Positions 1 through 11,600 of a stretch of 64,000 nucleotides of DNA are shown here, piece by piece. Where the stretch lies: assembly GCA_907165135.1 (NCBI GenBank), contig OU015568.1, forward strand, positions 7,936,001 to 8,000,000, given 5' to 3'. The notes beneath the pieces are model-generated. The model was not told where the DNA came from. It searched no databases and worked only from the letters and a program-made list of their open reading frames with translations. The DNA is from Oikopleura dioica. Taxonomy: Eukaryota; Animalia; Chordata. Numbering within the stretch: position 1 is the stretch's first letter; each line of letters opens with the position of its first letter. The position numbers and the translations under genes are program-made.

Positions 1-458
1 GGAGCATCGAGGAGTAAGTGGAGAAAGTCGTGAATTTGTCGATATCGAAGCATGACATACGCTTGATCTTCGTCTTCTACGTATTTCACCGGCACTCGAG
101 TGTCAGGAGAAATCTTCTGTCGCTCGAGCATAGCCTGGTACTCGTGTCCTAAAGTCTGAGAAGGAAGATTCTTTAGCGCATCGAAATCGACTGTTGAAGA
201 ATTGATGACTGGCTTTGATTCGAGAAGGCGGTTTCCTTCTTCTGTTGACAAAATGCGTGTTCTGACTTGATCAAGTTGAGAGGGAAGTGTTGTTGCTTCT
301 GTGGCGTAGGCTACGCAGTCATATCTTATTGGGGTTAAAGGTCGATCGAGGATTGAAAACGTTTACCTGTAGGGATCACGAACCGCCGTAATTCCACAGC
401 CAACTGCTAAAATTCCGCGTTGGACCAATGATAAGTTTCGTTTTTGAGCCGATAACAT
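1..458 (-). CDS. COQ4: Ubiquinone biosynthesis protein COQ4, 5' part; runs off the window start
   Basis: Manual minus-strand translation gives MLSAQKRNLSLVQRGILAVGCGITAVRDPYR|..DCVAYATE...[37 protein letters not shown], matching the COQ4 RYRxxHDxxH motif. ATG at 458, one short GT-AG intron near 335-370. Confidence 0.9.
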
Positions 459-506
459 AATTCTAAAGTGGAAAAATAAGAATGTGTTTTGAATAATAAT
501 TTAAAT

Positions 507-1148
507 TCATTGATTCGCGTAAGGAGCAGATTTGATAATTCTGTTCTTGAGAGACTTTGATCTCGGCTTGATTTGTACATTTGGAAAGTGGCTCTTGAAT
601 TCTAACTCGTGAAGCGGTGGTAGTTGATTCTCTCGGAATTCCTCGTGCCAGGCGAAGTAAAGGTCGTTGTATTGCTTTTCTAGCGCCTCGAACTAGGCGG
701 AAAATGGATTATTTGAAAGGATTAATTCATGAAATGCACCTTTTTCCAGTATAAATCCGTGCCGGGCTCTATGCTTTCAATATTGATCGAATTTATGTCA
801 GTCAAGAAATCTTCTGTCCAAAGCCAATCTGGATATTCAGAGTCTGGTTTCAACTTGGGCTCGTCAAAGAGCGTCTTTTTCTGCTCGTCGGTCCACTCGT
901 ACATCGTCAGGATATTTTCAGAGTGTATGTTGATTCCGCAACAGGTAGTTGTAAGCTTTACAAAATCCTAAACGACAATAAAAAAGTGAAATAATCAGTC
1001 TTTCTACCGTTTCTGGGTCTGGCACTTTAACTTCAACGGCTTTTCCTCCTCCGCCGCCGCCTCCCTTCTTTTTCTTTTTAGGTCCAAGAACGGGGCGTCC
1101 GAGGACGAGAGTCCTCCGCGGAAGGAGACTTATTCCACGGATAAGCAT
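507..1148 (-). CDS. MRPL54: Mitochondrial ribosomal protein mL54 (spliced)
   Basis: Basic, Gly/Lys-rich presequence-like N-terminus (ORF 918..1148) plus the family motif KLKPDSEYPDWLW...EPGTDLYWKK (ORF 722..904). Last exon ends at TGA 509-507. Confidence 0.8.
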
Positions 1149-1205
1149 ACTAAATAAGCATCGAAATCATTTTTAATTGTACGATAATTTTTTTTACTGT
1201 TTTTA

Positions 1206-1881
1206 TTACAGGTTTTTTGGAATGGAAGAGAAAGAAGTGAAGATTTGTGATTCAATTTGAAGATTATTCGCAGCATTTTTGCATCCAACACAGTTTTCGA
1301 TCCATTTTTCTCCATTTTCGTAAATTTCCTTTTTCCAAATCGGCACTTTTGCTTTCAAATCCTCCATGATCTCTGCAGTAGCGTGAAACGAAGCGACCCT
1401 GTGCTTCGATGAGACGGAGACGATGACTCCTGCTTCGTTTGGGGGAACAGAAGAGATACTATGGTGGATGGAGACGCGGGAGAGGCCGTATTTTGAAATG
1501 GCGTTTTGGGCGATTTTGGAAAGCTGCGCTAGAGCCATCGAGGGGTAGCAGGAGTAATCTAGGCGGAGAACTTCAGTTCCATCCTTTGCGTGGTTTCGCG
1601 TGGTTCCTTGGAATGTACAGAGAGCTCTAATAAAAGGAATGAAAAAATGTTCTCACTTGCCTAATTCAATTTGCTATCAAAATTATAAATTTCTTTATAA
1701 AGTGAATAAATTTCAAATGGAATAATGCTTCATGAAAATTCCCTGCTCTAGAATTATTATAGGCTTTCATCCCTTGGCCACAATCTGGCTGAACGGTAAA
1801 TTGCTCAACTTCCCTTGCATCCAACTTTTCTCTCTTCAACTTTATCCAAACCCTTTCTTCTTTTATCTCTTCTTCCATCAT
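1206..1881 (-). CDS. MOCS2: Molybdopterin synthase catalytic subunit (MOCS2B/MoaE)
   Basis: QPDCG..ALCTFQGTTRNH..LRLDYSCYPSMA and SSKHRVASFHATAEIMEDLKAKVPIWKKEIYE are MoaE signatures. The donor of the first intron is not resolved. Confidence 0.9.
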
Positions 1882-2118
1882 TTAAAATCTTCAAAACTCG
1901 GAATTGGCCTTTCAAACTTTTCGAAAAAGTCGAAAAGGCGCCGTCAATTGGCCAAAATGGATGTTCCGCGGCGCTGGATTGGGCGACGCGCGCGCGATTT
2001 TCCTTTCTCTTTTCTTTTTTTTCTGAGATGATCTGAATCAGTAAGAAAGAAACATCTATAGGCAAAATCGTAGAAGGAGGATCACAGATCAGGGAAAAAC
2101 GCGAGAGGGAAGGCAAAG
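1882..2118. promoter_or_regulatory. Putative bidirectional promoter between MOCS2B and RPRD2
   Basis: 237 bp between divergent ATGs, containing CpG-rich motifs (ggcgcc, cgcgcgcgcg) and ATTGG/CCAAT boxes. Positional inference only. Confidence 0.5.
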
Positions 2119-4291
2119 ATGTTGTCGACCGATGTCCTCAAGCGCAAGGTAAATATTATCTCGTAAACTATTATAAATTATAATAATTATTTTCGATATT
2201 TCTATTTCTTCAAAGGCCTGAGGAAAATATCGAGTTTTTGTAAAAAAATACTGTTTGATGGCGCTTGTTCTCGATTTCTGGCGCGAGGCGCGGCTAGTCG
2301 CAGATTTTATCTTTCCGCGGCTACTTTTTAATTAATTACTAACACGATTAGAGTTAACATTCGGCTTATAATTTTTATCAGCTCGCTGCTGTGACAAACA
2401 CGCAGGCGTCAATCAACAACCTGTCAACTTGGATCATCGAGAACAAAGCCTCTGCTTCCCAAGTTGTCGAATTCTGGCTCACGCAACTTCAAAAATCGGA
2501 CAATGATCACCGGCTTACCCTTCTCTACGTCGCGAATGATGTTATTCAAAACTGCAGAAAGCGGGGTAGCGAGTACAAAGGTAACCAAAAGTGGTTAAAA
2601 GCAGCACCTCAAGATTGTTTCTAGAGCTGTCAGAAAACTGGAAAGAAGTGATGCCCCGCGCGTTCGACTATTTTTCGCACGAAGCAATCCGTTCCGGTGT
2701 CGACAAAGTCCTCAGTGTTTGGGAATCAAGAACGATCATGGACGCGGAGCGGATCAAGCTACTCAAAGAGAAACTTGACAATCCGGCGAACAACCAAAAT
2801 GGATCTGGTAAAAACGATCATTATGTTGAGCCCAACTTGAGTTTGCCTTTAGACAGTCCTGGTTCAGGAGAGCCAAGAGAGTTTCTGTACACAGATTTGG
2901 TCGAAGCGATAAGAGAGTATTCAAAGTAAGTTTTCGGGGTTGAAGTTGGTTTATTCATGCGTCTTTTTAGGTGTGAAAATGAGTTGAAATTGAAGAAAGA
3001 GCTGTTGGAATCGTCCGGAATTGAAGGAAGTGACCCAGATCAACTTCTAGAGAAGGTGAAAGAACGAGGACACGGACACAGAGCTCGGCAAGAGTTAGAA
3101 CAATGGACACAGCTACTGCTTGAGTACGTCAGTTTGCAGGAAACAGCGATAGAGAGAAGAAGGACCTTGCTAACTGTGCTTGATCAGAGTTCTGGATTTT
3201 ATGAGGTTTGGATGATTGGGGAATTAAAGTGGGGTAAGTTTCATTTCAGACACAATTTCGAGAAGTAACGACGGTGCTAAAGGCCTACAAAGACTACCAA
3301 GAGCGCATCATTGCTCAGAAACGACGCTGTCAAGAAATGATGAAGGCCAAGTTCCCAGAGAAAGCGACCAACCTGACGCCTGTACAATCACCCCAGGGAT
3401 CCCCAGAGTTGACGATTCCGATCATGGTTCCTGTCAATCAAGCGGTCGAGATGAATATGTCGGATTCAGCAAGCAGGTAATCTCGACCTTTCTCTCCTCT
3501 TTTCTGACTTTGAAAATTCAGCTCCGAAGACGAAGCACTGCCAAATTCACTTGCTTCCTTTTTCGCCCCTCAAGAGACACCTTCCAGCTCCAACCTCTCC
3601 GCCGCCGGTACCTCTGGCGATCTGGACTCTCGCCTAGCAAATATTCTCAATCCCCAGCAGCAGAGTACGCCTCGCCCGCGTGCAAGAGCTTCTCGCTGGG
3701 ATACAGGAGAAGCTTCTCATGGACGTGCTCCACCACTGCCGCCACCTCAAATGCTTAACCAGCCTCGTCTCAATACACCACCCAATGCTTATGGAAATCA
3801 CGCCGGCAATGAAGGATTCAATGGAAGCGTTCCAGACTGGCAAGCTCCGAAGCCGCCTCAGAATCAATACGAAATGCCAGCCAGGTATTATGTTTCTCCT
3901 TTTATTTCTTTTACCAATGTTTCCAGCTGGGGAAGTCCTCAAAAACAATACGGTCAGAACGGACAGCAGAACATGAATAGCGGACCCCCTCGCGGCGGAT
4001 TCAGCGGAGGCCCCCACAGAGGAGGCTATGCACCTCGAACACCTCAGGGACAACGCCCGCCACGACCACACTTCCATTCTGAAGGACCCTACGGAAGAGG
4101 CCGAGGAGGTCCACGAGGCGGCCGAGGTTTCTTCACTCCCAGGTACTCCCACTTTTATTTGTTTTCGGTGTCAACCTGCCGATTAAAAAGCATCACCGGG
4201 GCAACATTATCAAAGGCCACCTGGCTTTGGCGCCACGCATAGTAACCTTTTTGCTTCTAGAGGAGATAGAGGAATGAGACGATTTCGCTGA
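2119..4291 (+). CDS. RPRD2: CTD-interacting (CID) domain protein, RPRD2-like, with RGG-rich tail (spliced)
   Basis: MLSTDVLKRK|LAAVTNTQASINNLSTWIIENK...HRLTLLYVANDVIQNCRKRG resembles the RPRD2 CID. Followed by a coiled coil and a Pro/RGG-rich C-terminus. Confidence 0.75.
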
Positions 4292-4623
4292 AGCCCAACG
4301 CCCTGACAGATGAAAAGACACAATAGAAAAAAGAAACACCGTTACAGATTACTGTATGTTGACACACAGTGCTCGAGAAGAAGCCCGCCTCTTCTATCTA
4401 GACAAAAATAATAATAAAAAAAAACTGACTAAAAAGCTTCATTTAGCTGCCTGACATTTATCGAGACTATTGAGACTTATTCGTGTTCTAAAAAAGTTAG
4501 AAAAAATCCTGTATTCTTCACACTCCTTCTTCTTTCTTCGTATTAATTTGTATAATTCACTGTAAGTGAATAGATTCCAGTTAAAATAAGCGTGTTCATA
4601 AGAGCTAAAATTAGAGGTTAAGA

Positions 4624-7001
4624 ATGTTCATACTCTCGTTCGGGCTTTGCCTAGGCTTGGCCACGGCCGAAGTCATCAAAATGACAAATGCCAATCGAAA
4701 CGTAGCCCTGGCGGAGGACAAGGTCTCCTTTGTCAATTTTTACGCTGACTGGTGCAGGTACTCTCTTTCTGTTTTGATTCTGGTAGTGGAGCATTGTAGG
4801 TTTTCCCGTCAATTGGCGCCGATTTTCGAAGCTGCCGAGAGAGAATTGGCTAGCGAGGAGCAACTTGTTTTTGCGAGAGTTGATTGTGATAAAGATGGCG
4901 ACATTTGTAAAGAATTTATGGTCAACAAGGTTTGATTTTGTTTCCTTCTCCCTCTTCTATATTTTGCAATTTCAGTACCCGACAATCAAATTGTTTCGTC
5001 ATGGAAAGCCACTGAAAAAAGAATACAGAGGTCAAAGGAGCGTCGCTGCAATCAAGGCTTTTTTGCTAGACCAGATTCGAGACCCAATTATCAAAGTCAA
5101 GGAGTTGAAAGAAATCGACGATCTTACTGCTCAAGAAAAGCGCATCAAATCGATGGTAAAATGAAATTTGATAAACTAGAAGCTAGTTTTTCTTTAGGTT
5201 GTCGGTTATTTTGAATCAGAAGACTCTGCCGAATACAAGAACTTCCAAATCTCTGCCGATGAGCTCGTAGAAAGCTGCATCTTTATCGCCGCCATTGGTG
5301 ACATTGCCAAGCCTGAGATGAAAAATGGACCAAATGTGCTCTTCAAGAACAAGCTCGCTAACAGAGTTGATCGTCCCTTTTACGGACAAATTAGCAATCA
5401 AGAAGTTTTCAAGAAGGTATGATTGAACAAAAGACATTTATTGTACGACTTTGTGGTGACAGATAGCACATTTGAATTCTGGCGGTTTTTCTTTGCACAA
5501 GCAAGGGCAGCAAATGCACGGGATACTTTTTCGGGCTTTTTTCAGTATCAATGATACTGTATCATGAAAATGAATTAATTTGAAGATTATAAAGCCGTTC
5601 ACAAATGAGCATGCATCGGACTCGTTTCCTCTCAACAGTAAGAAAAGGTCTGTTTCCCTTGCATCGTGGGCAGTAAAGCTCGTCTCTAGTCGGATAACCC
5701 TCCGCCTCTGGAATCACTTGGCCCGTATGGGGGTTTACTCTCGCTTTCTGGCGCGTTGGAACTAGAAACAACCTATTTTTTAGTTCAGTTCAATAAAACT
5801 TTTTCGAGCTCACATTTTCTGTTGCCGAGTACTAGTCTTCAAGTCTTGTTATAATGGTATTTTCATATGCTTTATTTTCCTGCGTCACCATAACTACGAA
5901 GTCAATATTGACAAATGCACAAGATGGGAGTCGATAGTGATAAATTATAAAATAAAATTCTAGTGGACCGATGAAAACTGTGTCCCCTTGGTGCGGGAAA
6001 TCACTTTCAACAATGCGGAAGAAATCACTGAAGAAGGTCTTCCACTCATGATCATGTTCCACAAGAAAGGTAGGATATAGACTATATCATATAGTGCTTG
6101 TTTGTGAGTTTCCTAACATTTCCTAGAGGACACGAAGAGCCTCGAGAGCTTCCAACAAGCTGCCCAGCGATGGCTTTTCTCCCAGAAAGGAAAAATCAAC
6201 GTTGTCACTGCTATTTGTGAACAGGTTCGTTTTCTCTCATGAAAAATAAAATCAAAAGATTAGTTCACGCATCCACTGTATCATTTGGGCAAAAGTGTCA
6301 ACGACTGTCCAGTCATTGCTATTGACAGTTTCTCGCACATGTACGTCTTCAAGAAGAACTTTGAGGAAATCGTCCGTCTTCCACACTTGCTCACTTTTGC
6401 CAACGACTTACACTCTGGCAAGCTTCACCGTGAATTCCACCACGGCCCTGATCCAGGTATTTTCAACTACTTCACTTATAATCTATGCTGAAATCGAAAC
6501 GCTAGAATCCGAGGAAAAGGCCCAAGAAGCTTTAGAAGAAGTGAAGAAGATCGAAGCTGAAGCCGAAAAAGTTCAAGATGAGATCGAAGAAGTCCAAGAA
6601 AAGCTTGAAGAAGTAGCAGAAAAGATCGACGAAGTCATGGACGAAAACGACGATGCTACAGATGAACTGGAGGGAGTAGATAACCCTCGACAAAAGGCGG
6701 CGAAAGATAAGATCGTTGCCGACGGTGCCGCCAAGGAAGAGGAGTTGCTCAAGCATGAAGACGCTCTCTATGACGGTAAGATCGATTGACAGCTCTTTAT
6801 CGACTGTAACGGTCATTTTCAGAGCTCGAGAAGAAGGAAGACCAACTTGCCGAACTTGAAGAGAAGAAGCAGGAAAACCTCGAAAAGGCTCAAGAACATC
6901 TGGAAAAAGCGAAGTCTGGCGGAACTCCACCACCAGAGTCGCAATTCAAAAAGCTCCAACCCAGCGAAACAAAATACACTCTCAGAAAAGACGAACTGTA
7001 A
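4624..7001 (+). CDS. ERP44: ER resident thioredoxin protein ERp44 (spliced)
   Basis: Signal peptide, FVNFYADWC|RFS active site, ARVDCD, KYPTIKLFR, PLVREITFNNAEEITEEGLP, SGKLHREFHHGPDP, and PPESQFKKLQPSETKYTLRKDEL* ER-retrieval terminus. Confidence 0.95.
5438..5815 (-). CDS. Small Cys-rich LITAF-like/zinc-ribbon protein nested antisense in an ERP44 intron
   Basis: Two GT-AG introns (5773-5813 and a ~46 nt one near 5556-5601) join a ~96 aa product: MLFLVPTRQK...LYCPRCKGN...RCMLILSLILKK...IPCICCPCLCKE...FKCAICHHKVVQ*. Confidence 0.6.
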
Positions 7002-7605
7002 CACAAGAATTGCAAGAACTTGCAAGTTGCAATCCCCCTTTCAAAAACGCGTGGCAAACCTAAAAGTGTGTGTGTCCATTTGAAAAAGTAGATTCAAATG
7101 TAAAATAATTCTTTGCCATTTCATTATTAGTTTTTGTTCAGTGCAATAACAGTACATGCGCACTCGTCCATGTTGCTAAAAAGAGTTCCCCATCTGTCTT
7201 GTATATTTCTCTCACAACGTCCAGTTTCTCGACAGCAAGACCTAACATAATCAAAACATACATAACGAGATTCCCCCCACCAAGTTTTCATAGGTTCAAA
7301 AGATTCTTCCCGCGGCCTTACTGACATTATTTTTTTATACCTTTCTCTCTTTCTATTGTTTCTTCGCCTTTTTCTTGATTCTATTATATAATAATAAAAT
7401 TATTAATATGACTGTACAACAAAAATTCAATATAATTGTGATTAAAGTCAGTCGCTGCTCCCCTCGCTCTCTGACTGTAATGATCATCATAAAAAACAGT
7501 ACAAGTAGTCTTCAAATAAAACGATATGTGCAATCTTTACCGAAATAAAAAATGACCCGTGTTATTTTATAACCCCTTTGATTAAAAAAAAATTTCAGAT
7601 TTCAA

Positions 7606-7965
7606 ATGAGAGGGGCTCTAACTACCATCAGACACATTCGATTCCAATCGATGGGCCCCGTCGAAGCTATTATCAATCAAAAACTCAAGGAGTCCTTCAA
7701 GCCAAGCTTTTTATCTGTGATCAACGAAAGTCGGCTTCATGGGTTCAGAAAAGGCAAAGAATCGCACTTCAATCTTACAGTTGTCAGCGATGCATTCGAT
7801 GGACAGAGACCAGTAAATCGACAACGATCCGTGAATAAACTTTTGAAAGAAGAATTCAAAGAAGGCGGACTTCATGCTCTTTCAATGTCGCTAAGAACTG
7901 AACGAGAACATGAAGAGCTTGAAGGATCAACTCATAAGACTCCCCCTTGCTCTGGAAAAAGCTAA
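7606..7965 (+). CDS. BOLA1: BolA-like protein 1
   Basis: LSVINESRLH...ESHFNLTVVSDAFDG..VNRQRSVNKLLKEEF..GLHALSM...TPPC motifs. Single exon with tttcag acceptor just upstream. Confidence 0.9.
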   Translation: MRGALTTIRHIRFQSMGPVEAIINQKLKESFKPSFLSVINESRLHGFRKGKESHFNLTVVSDAFDGQRPVNRQRSVNKLLKEEFKEGGLHALSMSLRTEREHEELEGSTHKTPPCSGKS

Positions 7966-8664
7966 CTTTATCTGATTCAAATAATTTATTCAACTGTAAA
8001 ATAAATCCTCGATACAATATGCCAAATCTTGAAATCAAAGAAGAGTAAATTTTGATATTTCTTTTGTAATGTTTTTTGAAGAACTCTATAAATAGCCCGG
8101 GGCTTGAATTCCGGCGACTGCTAGTAATGAATAAAATTTTGATGGGAAATTGGCCGCGGGTCAATGAATTCAGCTTCTCTGCGCTAAAATGCGCGCGTCA
8201 ATGCGCACTATTATTTTCAAAAGAAAAACCTGGAGTGAGCGCCAGGCTCGAGTGTCTTTATTAATAAGTCCCTGTTTCTAACATTTTAACCCTTGCAGCG
8301 AAGAGATTGTTTATTCATACCGCGTACCAGGGGCCGTGTCTGGAATTTGCCATTTTAAGAGCTATTATTCACTTGTCCTCGCGTCGTGAATCACCTTTAA
8401 TTTTCGCGAAATCGTACTGCCGATTTTTTATGTGAAAAATTAAAAAAAAAGAGAAATCATCCCTACGCGAAAACCACTTATAAGGACAAGTGTGACTTTT
8501 TGGGTGGTTGAAATTTATAGCGCTAATCAAAGATTACTCTTCGCGATTTCACGATGTCCTTTGTCCATTATTGTTCACTTTTTATGATCTTCTTATTCGG
8601 CGCATAAGAGAATTCGAAATAACTATTGTTCTCATTTAGAAATCCGAGCAATGCGCGAGAGAAG

Positions 8665-11600
8665 ATGACAGCCGTTTTTACATTCTTGGGCATACTACTG
8701 GGCTTATTTTCTTCTATAAAATGTTCAGGCAAAGGTCTACTTCATTTGAAACTAATAAAAAAGAGACGTTAATGATGTGACCCGTCTAAAGAACGCAAAC
8801 TACCTCAAAACAACGATTACAGCACTCTCTATCTTTCCAAATCCTCCCGCAGTGACTCGGACATCCTCTACATTGGCGGCTCAAATTTACTCAGACTCCA
8901 ATATGACTCGAGCTCGGCCACGTTTTCCGGAGAGATCGACCGAAGCATTCCCGACGATTCATTGCAGGATAACTTTAAAGATTGCTCCTTCAAAGGCGGT
9001 GTTCAGCCAAAAGCGCGAGTGACAAATATTCTTGAAGTCGATGAAAACGTACTTTTTGCACGAGCTACACTGAATTCTGCTATCTCATCCCCGAAGATGA
9101 TTTTCAAGGAAAAACAATATGGCGACAGCACACTGGCATGCCACCAGACAGCGGAAAGAGACAAGTGCGCGTGCAGGAGCTTGTTGATGACTCTGGAACC
9201 AATCATAAAGTCCTCTACGTGGCCAGAGAGAGTGAGAAGTTCTCCGAGTTCTCTGAAAACAGCGAGGGGATGAAATGCAAGAGTGATAGAATCCTGACGA
9301 CGATGGAGATCGATCCTCAGTTGCTCTATCCAAGACAAACATCTCATTCCCTGCGCGCAATCTTAAAAGACGACCAAATGCAAAACGATCAAGCTTTCGA
9401 CAGTTTGGAAGTCATTACCAACTCCAAAAATTTAAACACACGGAACAAAGCTGACTTTATCGATACCTTTACTTTCGTCGATCCAAAGACGAAAATGAGT
9501 TGGTTTTACTACGTATCGAAGATCGAAACGACTACAGGAGCATCAATGGATTCATACGCGACATCTTTCAAGCCGACTTATGTCGTTGGTCGAACCTGCT
9601 CCGCTGATGTTCACTTACAGTACGTCTCGGAGATCCCTATTCAATGTGGCAGTTTCGACGATATTCTAGTGGCCAGTTTTGACGATAAGCTCGGACTCCT
9701 CGTTCTTAATCACAGGGGCGAGCTGTGCTCTTGGTCTGTGGAGTCCCTCGAGCACACTTTCAACAAAATGTCAAAATCCTGCTGGTATCTTTTCAGCTGC
9801 GAAGACGACTTCGATAATTTTGACCAGTGTCCGACCGAGACAAAGCCACAAAGTATCCAAACACGTTCTGAGGCACCCATTGGAGAGCTTTTCGTCGAGC
9901 ACATCCAGCATTATAAATCCCTAGGAAAAGAGCTGCAAGATCGCTGCAGTAAAAATAGCAACGCCTTTACGGAGGATATTCGGCGGACTACCAAAGAAAC
10001 TATCAAAGATCTCAACAACTGCCCGGAATACCACGAGATGTATAAAGACGATAACAAAATGACCAACTTTTGTCCGTTCCTTTACCGCGATTATCCTACG
10101 GTAAAGAAGGCTGATATGCCTCAGATTAGTAAAGTTCCCTACATTTGTGTCCCATTCAAACCCTTCTCGGCAGGGAACTCATTCTTGAAGAAATCAAAGG
10201 CAATGAAAGCTACGCCTGCATATGATCTGAGCAATATCTTCAGGAAAAACTTTGATGAGATCGACGATGAAGATTTTAAAGCAATTTTCAGACGGATAGA
10301 AGATAAACTCTCTATATTCATTCTTAACAAGAACGTTAAAGACGTCCTTCTGTGGTCTTTCGATGATGAATCCTTCACCTCTAACTCGCAAACTAAAGAA
10401 AAATCACCTGCAACGCTGGTAAGTCCCGGCTCTGGATCCATTCGCGATTTTGCGATCAAAGATAACAATCTGTTCGCACTTACCGATAACGACGTTACTG
10501 TGAGGAAGATCCACAATTGCGAGCAACACAAAACATGTGGCGCTTGTCTGAATAGCGAGTTCCCGTCATGTGGTTGGTGTGCCAAACGATCGCAGGGTCA
10601 GTGCACAGACAGAGCCACATGTGATGAGATCGATCGCCAAAACTGGATCCCTCAGACTGGAACTTGTCCAGCTTTGGAACCCAGTAACAAAAAGTATTTT
10701 TCTGCGAATGAAAAGACAGTGGAGCTCAAGCTCTCTGTTTCTCATGATTTCACCAATCTTCACCTTTGGAAATGCGGCTTCGATTCTCGCGAAACCAATC
10801 TTACCTTTATCGATCGTGATAGCGGTAGAATAACATGTGATCTGCCGAAGAAAAAGAGTGACTTTCTCGGCCCAGCTGACGAAGAAGGCGTCATCAAAGT
10901 GGATGCCGTCAAAGTTTTATTCAATCGAGTACTCGTTGCCGATACCAGTGTCAGCTTCTACGATTGTACCGAAGTTGATAAGAGAAAAAAATGTACATCC
11001 TGTTTGAGCCACAGTAACTGGCACTGCTACTGGAATCGTCTGTCGTCAGAATGCAGCGATAATGCGCCGCCTAAGGAAGCGATGATCGAGTTAGCCGATC
11101 TTTGTCCGTCCATTTCCGCGGCAGAAACGATAGAGAAGGTTTACGCGCGCGAACGAAAGGATATTGCGTTCCAAGTGCACAACGATGACGGAAACGAAAT
11201 CGGAGAGTGCCACCTATATACAGAAAATTCGAAGACGTACACGACAGCCGAAGCTACTCGAGGAAGCAACAACCAGATCATTTGCAAAGACATAAACATG
11301 ACAGTGACAAATGAAGTCGAGGAAGATGTCTTCATCGAGTATGCGACTAAAAACTACCTTTTTGATTCCCTCGGTGAGAAATTCTTCATCATCAAAGATT
11401 GCGGTTACAAAAATCCAACTTGTACGCAGTGCCGAGTTAGAGATGGATGCTCCTTTGTCAATGGAAGATGCGTCAGAGAAACTCCAGGGGTTGAACAATC
11501 AGTTTGTGCGGCACCTAAGGTCATTAGCATTTCTCCCACTTCTGGGCTAATTTCTGATGATCGCTCTGTAGCCAAGACACCGTTCGAGATCGTTGGAGAG

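Noticed and set aside
3634-4152. 172-aa minus-strand ORF and other long antisense ORFs over RPRD2, ERP44, plexin, NUP107 and MCM3
   Set aside because: These are shadows of identified genes on the opposite strand with no independent motifs.
7127-7490. Cys-containing minus-strand ORF with an apparent upstream TM segment
   Set aside because: In-frame TAA codons near 7400 separate the two parts. The region is AT-rich and fits the ERP44 3' UTR/intergenic space.
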